Shown here: piece after piece, positions 58,976 to 64,000 of the stretch
How positions within the stretch are numbered: the stretch's first letter is position 1
Layout: every line of letters starts with the position of its first letter
Source of the DNA: the human T2T-CHM13v2.0 reference genome, Homo sapiens
Strand: one strand, 5' to 3'
NCBI RefSeq assembly: GCF_009914755.1
Contig: NC_060926.1
Length of the DNA: 64,000 bases
Position numbers and translations under genes: made by a program
Notes under the pieces: model-generated
Told to the model about the DNA's origin: nothing
The model's input: only the letters and a program-made list of their open reading frames with translations
Databases searched by the model: none

Positions 58976-59456
58976 TGATAGACTAATTGCGAAATTGTTT
59001 CCAATTACTTACCCTTCCCTGACTCCACACCCCTTATAATAGGACTATAATGTTGCAAATCCTCTGATTAAGAGATGGAGTCGATTTCCCCACCTTTTGA
59101 ATCTAACTGGGCCTATGACCAGTTGCTTTGGCCAACAGAATGCAGTGAAAGTGGTGATATGTCCATTGCCAGTCTAAGCCTTAGAAGGTCTGTGTGCTTT
59201 CATGAACTCTTCTGGAACTCTGCTACTGCTACATGTATAAGCATGCCTCAGCCAACAGCCAGCCAAATCCCAGAAGCCGATTTATGTAGGTGATCCTAGG
59301 ATAACCACATAACGGAGCACAATCAAAACCAGAAAAACCACTCACCTGAGCCTAGCCTAAACTGCTGACCTACAGACTCATGAGCTAAATAAATGGTTGT
59401 TGTTGTAAGCCCCTAAGTTAGGGAGGTAGTTTATTTTTTTCAAATGATAATTGATA
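58976..59456 (+). mobile_element. MLT1H-like MaLR LTR (an older MLT1 fragment at about 58720-58970 is adjacent)
   Basis: aagagatggagtcgatttccccaccttttgaatct ... tgctttggccaacagaatg ... cctgagcctagcctaaactgctgacctacagactcatgagctaaataaatggttgttg. Confidence 0.8.
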
Positions 59457-59792
59457 AATAAGTAGAGTCATATCCCCTTAGAAATCTTTCCTAGGAAACT
59501 TCCAAGTAAAGATGATAAATTGAACACAAACACCTACTTACATTTCCTCCTATATCACAAATGAACTTAGAGTAAACAATTTTAGAAGGGCATAAATTCA
59601 CAAGGATAGGAAGAATGGACAAGATGCAACATTTTGGAAGCTGGAAAGCAAATAGTACAGAACAGAAAATTAAAATCCAAAGTAGAACTAGGGAAACTTA
59701 AGAATCACTCATTTTATAGATCCTCTAAAAGGTTAAGAAATATATGTTGCAAGGTTTCTCAGTTAGTTGTTATTTGAATATAGGAAAGCTAC

Positions 59793-60598
59793 TGACGGTG
59801 AAAGAAGGCAGTCAAACGCTTAGGCGGAAAGGGGTGGGTCCCTGGTGAAGCTCCACCTCCAAGCCGAAGACAGTTTAAAGCCTGAAAGCCTGAAAGCTAG
59901 ATTTTTTCAGAGATATTAAAGGAAAAAGATTGGAGATTGGTGGCAAGGAAAATTGGCCTGAAAGCCAAACTACAAGGTAAATCCTTGGACCAGACTGAGA
60001 ACCTGTTTTCCTGTTTGGTGCACTTTCCTCTGATTCATCCCCACCCTTCACCTATTTTACATATGCCTACCCTTTCCTAATTGGTTTTCTGCACTGTGAT
60101 GCCCACCTTTGAGTGGTGTCTTTAACCTTTTTTGCATACTCACAAACCAATCAGCATGCACTCCCAATTCTGAGTCCATAAAAAGCCCCAGACCCAAGAA
60201 CACTGAAAAAGGAAAAAACTACCCCAATGTGGAGGTGGGGGACCATCCCCCCCATAAACCCTCCTCGTCCTTCCCCACTGAGAGCGTTCCATTGCTCAAT
60301 AAAATTCTTCTCCGCCCATCCTCACCCTTCAACTGTCAGCATATCTTCACTTTTCTTGGGTACAGGACAAGAGCTTGGGAACCTTCCAACGTGTTTACAA
60401 GCTATAATACAGTGGACTAGGGTGTACTTGGCCCAGCTGCGGGATGAGCTGGCGTGCAAGCCAGACTCGGCTCAGGCGGCTGAGTGGGTGGGATGCCTCC
60501 AGTGGCACGTCTGGGGCAGAGCAAGGGGGTGGGGGGCGAGGGTGTGTCACTGGCTAGAGGTCCCGGCTGATAAAGTGACCAAGAGAATTCCTGTGTCA
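59793..60598 (+). mobile_element. MER50 ERV1 solo LTR
   Basis: TG...CA ends with a 4-bp TSD CTAC (59789-59792 and 60599-60602). Contains ccacctccaagccgaagacagtttaaagcctgaaagcc, CCAAT, a CATAAAA TATA-like box and AATAAA. Confidence 0.85.
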
Positions 60599-61142
60599 CT
60601 ACTGACTTTGGTATATTATATTTTTACCCAACCATCTTAATATTCTTCATTGGTTTTCAGTTGATTTCCAGATTTACAATTATATTAGCTATAAATAATG
60701 ATTATTTTATCTCTTCCTTTCTAAATTTTACACTTATTATTTATTTTCTAATTGTTTAGGGTTAATCTCCAAAACTATATGAAATAATAGGGAACAATCA
60801 TAAAATTAAGTAGAATTTATGACCAATTAAAAAAAGCAGAAAGAATCTTTTTGAGGTAATCAAAACTTTGGGGGCATTGTAGTTACACAGGTGTATACAT
60901 TTGTCAAACTTTATCAAATTGTGAACTTAAAATATAAGCATTTCATACAAGGTATGTAAATTTTCTTTCTTCTTGGTTTAAAAAAAGAATAGTGGTGATA
61001 TTGAAAATTCAATTTCTATTCTTATCTACAATTGGAATGATCTTAGTTTCCTCATTAAATGTGATGCTGACTTTTGAGATAAATTCATTTAATTGTCTTT
61101 AATAAAAGTATATGCTAAATTTATGAAATACATTTTGAACAT

Positions 61143-61529
61143 TGCTATGGACTGAATTATTTCTCCCTAAAATTCATTTGTTGAAGCACTAACTTACAGT
61201 GTGATGGTATTTGGAAATTTGGATAGTATTTGGAAATTCACGGGCCTTTGGGTGGTAATAAGGTTTAGATGAGGACATGAGGGTGGGGTCCTCATGATGG
61301 GACTACGGTTTTATAAAAAGAAACAACAGAGAACTCACTTGCTTCCTCTCCCCCATGTGATGACACAGTGAGAAGGTAGCCATCTACAAGCCAGGATAAG
61401 AACCCAGAAACTGACTATGGTAGCATTTTTATCTTTGACTTCCAGCCTCCAGAACTGTGAGAAAGTAAATTTCTATTGCTTAAAAGCCACCCAGTTTATA
61501 GTATGTTTACAGCAGCCTAAACTAAGACA
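61143..61529 (+). mobile_element. MLT1A-like MaLR solo LTR
   Basis: tgctatggactgaat ... ggtttagatgaggacatgagggtgggg ... gacttccagcctccagaactgtgagaa ... ctaagaca. TSD AACAT / AATAT. Confidence 0.88.
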
Positions 61530-64000
61530 AATATCTACAAAGCTAATTATTTTATCTTTATCCTATAAATCTATTAATTTAATATGTTCCTATATTGCCA
61601 CAAAGTAAACTATCCCTGAATTCTTCGTGAGGTCCACTGAGCCACAGCATATCATGCTTTAAATGTGCTGCAGGATTCCGTTTGCCAAGATTTTCCTCTG
61701 TATTTTTACAGGAAAATTCTTTAATAATTTGTATTTTTGTGCCCTTTTTTGGTTTGATTTTATTATCTAATAGTATACTAGAAAAGAATCCCATTGCAGC
61801 TCTGAGTCCTCTGCATTAATTTGTCTATTTAATTTTGTAATTTTTTCAGGGTCAATTTTTATGTTTGTTTTCAAAGATTACCTACTTTATAGGAATTTCA
61901 GGTTCATCTAATTAATGTTACATTAAATAATCTCATAATTCTTTTCTCTACTTCTCTTGGTCCCATTTTATTTCTTATGAATATACCTGCTTATTCTTCC
62001 TCATCAACCTTATTAAATCTGTAACTCTGCATTATAGTTATTAATTATTTTAGCTTTATCTTTCTGACTTCTTGATTTGGATGACTTGCCATTTATTTTT
62101 ATACTCTCTTGATTAGTAATATGAGTATTTAAGTTATGAAATTTACTGAGAAGAGCTTTAGTTATATTCCATAGGTTTTGATATGTAGTATTTTATTGTT
62201 AATTTATATTTATTTATCCATTTCAATTTTGACTTACTCTTTGACCCAAGAATTCCTTATGAGACTTTTTTCAAGTTTCCAAGTAGCATAATGTTGTTTT
62301 CTTCTGTTTCTTGTTTTGCTATTATTATCTAGCATTGAAATATGTTGCATTAAAAAGGAATGAATTTTGACTTTTTTGGAAATTATAGATGTCTTTTTTG
62401 TGGTCCATTTGTGGGTATTCTATTGACATTGAAGATAGCAATATTCTGTGTCCAAGTATAAAATTCAATCAGATCATCTATATCCATATGTATATTTCTT
62501 TTTTGGGGGGCCGAAGATGGCAAATTAAAGTCTCCTACTTCTAATGTATATTTAATATTTTTTATTTATGAATTTTGATATTACTATTTTTACATAGGTA
62601 TTCATAGCTACTGGATCTTTATTGTGGATTTTACCTTTTATTATTATATGGTGATTCTATTTGTTTCATTTATTGCTTTTCCACTAAATTTAATACTGTC
62701 TAATATTAATACTGTGAACATGTTCTCTTTTTGTTTGCAATTATCTGGTAGACCCTCAATATCCCTTAACTTTCAGCTTTGCTTAGATAGGTTCATTATA
62801 TAAAACAGTTCTCTATACAGAGCAAGATTTTGCAGTGTGACTTTCAGAGCTCTTTTTCTGTAATGGAGAGTTTCTATTTACATGCATTGCTATAAAAGGT
62901 AGGTCTGATTTTATCTTTCTTTTTTGGTAACAGTTTTATTGAGCTGTAATTCTCATATGATATAATTCTCCCATTTTAAGTAAACAATTCAATAGTTTTT
63001 AGTATATTCCAGATATGTACAACCATTGCCACAGTCAATTTTATAACATTTGTTATCACCTCAAAAAGAAAACATGTACCCTTTAGGAAACCTCCCTAGC
63101 CTTCCATGCCCCCCAGCCCTAAGAAATCTACTGCTAACTAATCTACTTTCTGCCTCTACAGATTTTCTGATTTTTAGGAAGAAAGAATTCAGTCTTCCGC
63201 CCTTAAACATGATTTACCTATGGATTTTTTGGGGATCCTGTTTATCAAGATGAGGAAGTTCCCTCTTATTCTTGAGTGTTTTTACCATGAAAGAATGCTG
63301 ACTTTCATCAAATGTTTTTTCTGCATCTATTGAAATTGTAGTTTTTGTTTGTGCTCTATTGGTCACTTAATGGTGCATTACATTAATTGATTTTCAGATG
63401 TTAAACTAAGCTTGCATACCTGGATAAATTCTACCCCATTATGTTAAATAATTATTTTTGTATTTGCTGCATTAGATTTGCTAGAATTTTGCTGAGGATT
63501 AGGGGGGTCCATATAAATAACAGGTATTGGTTTGTAGATTTCTCTTGAAGCCTTGGTTTGGTCAGAGTATTAGAGTTATACTGATATTATACAATGAGTT
63601 GCCAAACTTCCTACTACTGAATTTTAACTTTAGGTATTGTATGCTTTAGGTACAGAATTTCCATTTGATGGTTTTCGAAAAATAATTTCTATCTCTTCAT
63701 TAATTTTCTCTACTTGATTCAACATTATCATCAGATCTTCCTTTACTTCCTTAATTATGGTTTTCTTTAGTTCTTTGATCATATATATGATGGCTACTTG
63801 GAAGTTTTTGTCTCTTAAATCTAACATTTGCTTCTCTCCCAGGCAGTTTCTGTTGCCTATATTTTTCCTAATGTGTGGATCATACTTTCCTGTTTCTTTT
63901 CATATCTTTAAAATTTTCTTTTTGGAAAGTGGACATTTTAGATAATATCTTGTAGCAACTCTGGGTGCTTGTTACTCCTTTCTAGCACCGGTTAAAGTTC
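61530..64000 (-). mobile_element. Patchwork of old L1M fragments (ORF2, a 3' end at about 62920-63170 and an ORF1-like piece at about 63630-64000)
   Basis: Antisense L1 phrases attaaagtctcctacttcta, ttttctgcatctattga and tgtacaaccattgccacagtcaatttt. ORF 63630-63827 resembles the ORF1 coiled coil. Confidence 0.65.

Overview
Primate, human-like (Alu/L1PA-bearing) non-coding DNA that is AT-rich and dense in repeats. I find no host protein-coding exon, tRNA, rRNA or CRISPR array. All long ORFs are LINE-1 or simple-repeat frames. Main structures: (1) a young L1PA2/3-type insertion at 7657-11586 with a clean twin-priming 5' inversion, a 17-bp TSD and an open 950-aa ORF2 segment; (2) a repeat-poor, motif-rich block at about 16.1-20.5 kb that looks like an enhancer cluster; (3) an ancient ERVL gag-pro-pol-int fossil from about 40.3 to 56.1 kb, split by an L1PA16-like element and a full-length L1PA7-like element; (4) a roughly 1-kb retrotransposed polyadenylated RNA of unrecognised origin (AATAAA, A-rich tail, TSD) nested in that L1PA16-like element; (5) a MER50 solo LTR carrying a 61-bp insertion copied from locus-specific sequence 4.9 kb upstream. 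I see no convincing new multi-gene system. The best novel signals are items 4, 5 and 1. Repeat subfamily names come from recalled consensus sequences, not from a database search, and boundaries of old elements are approximate.
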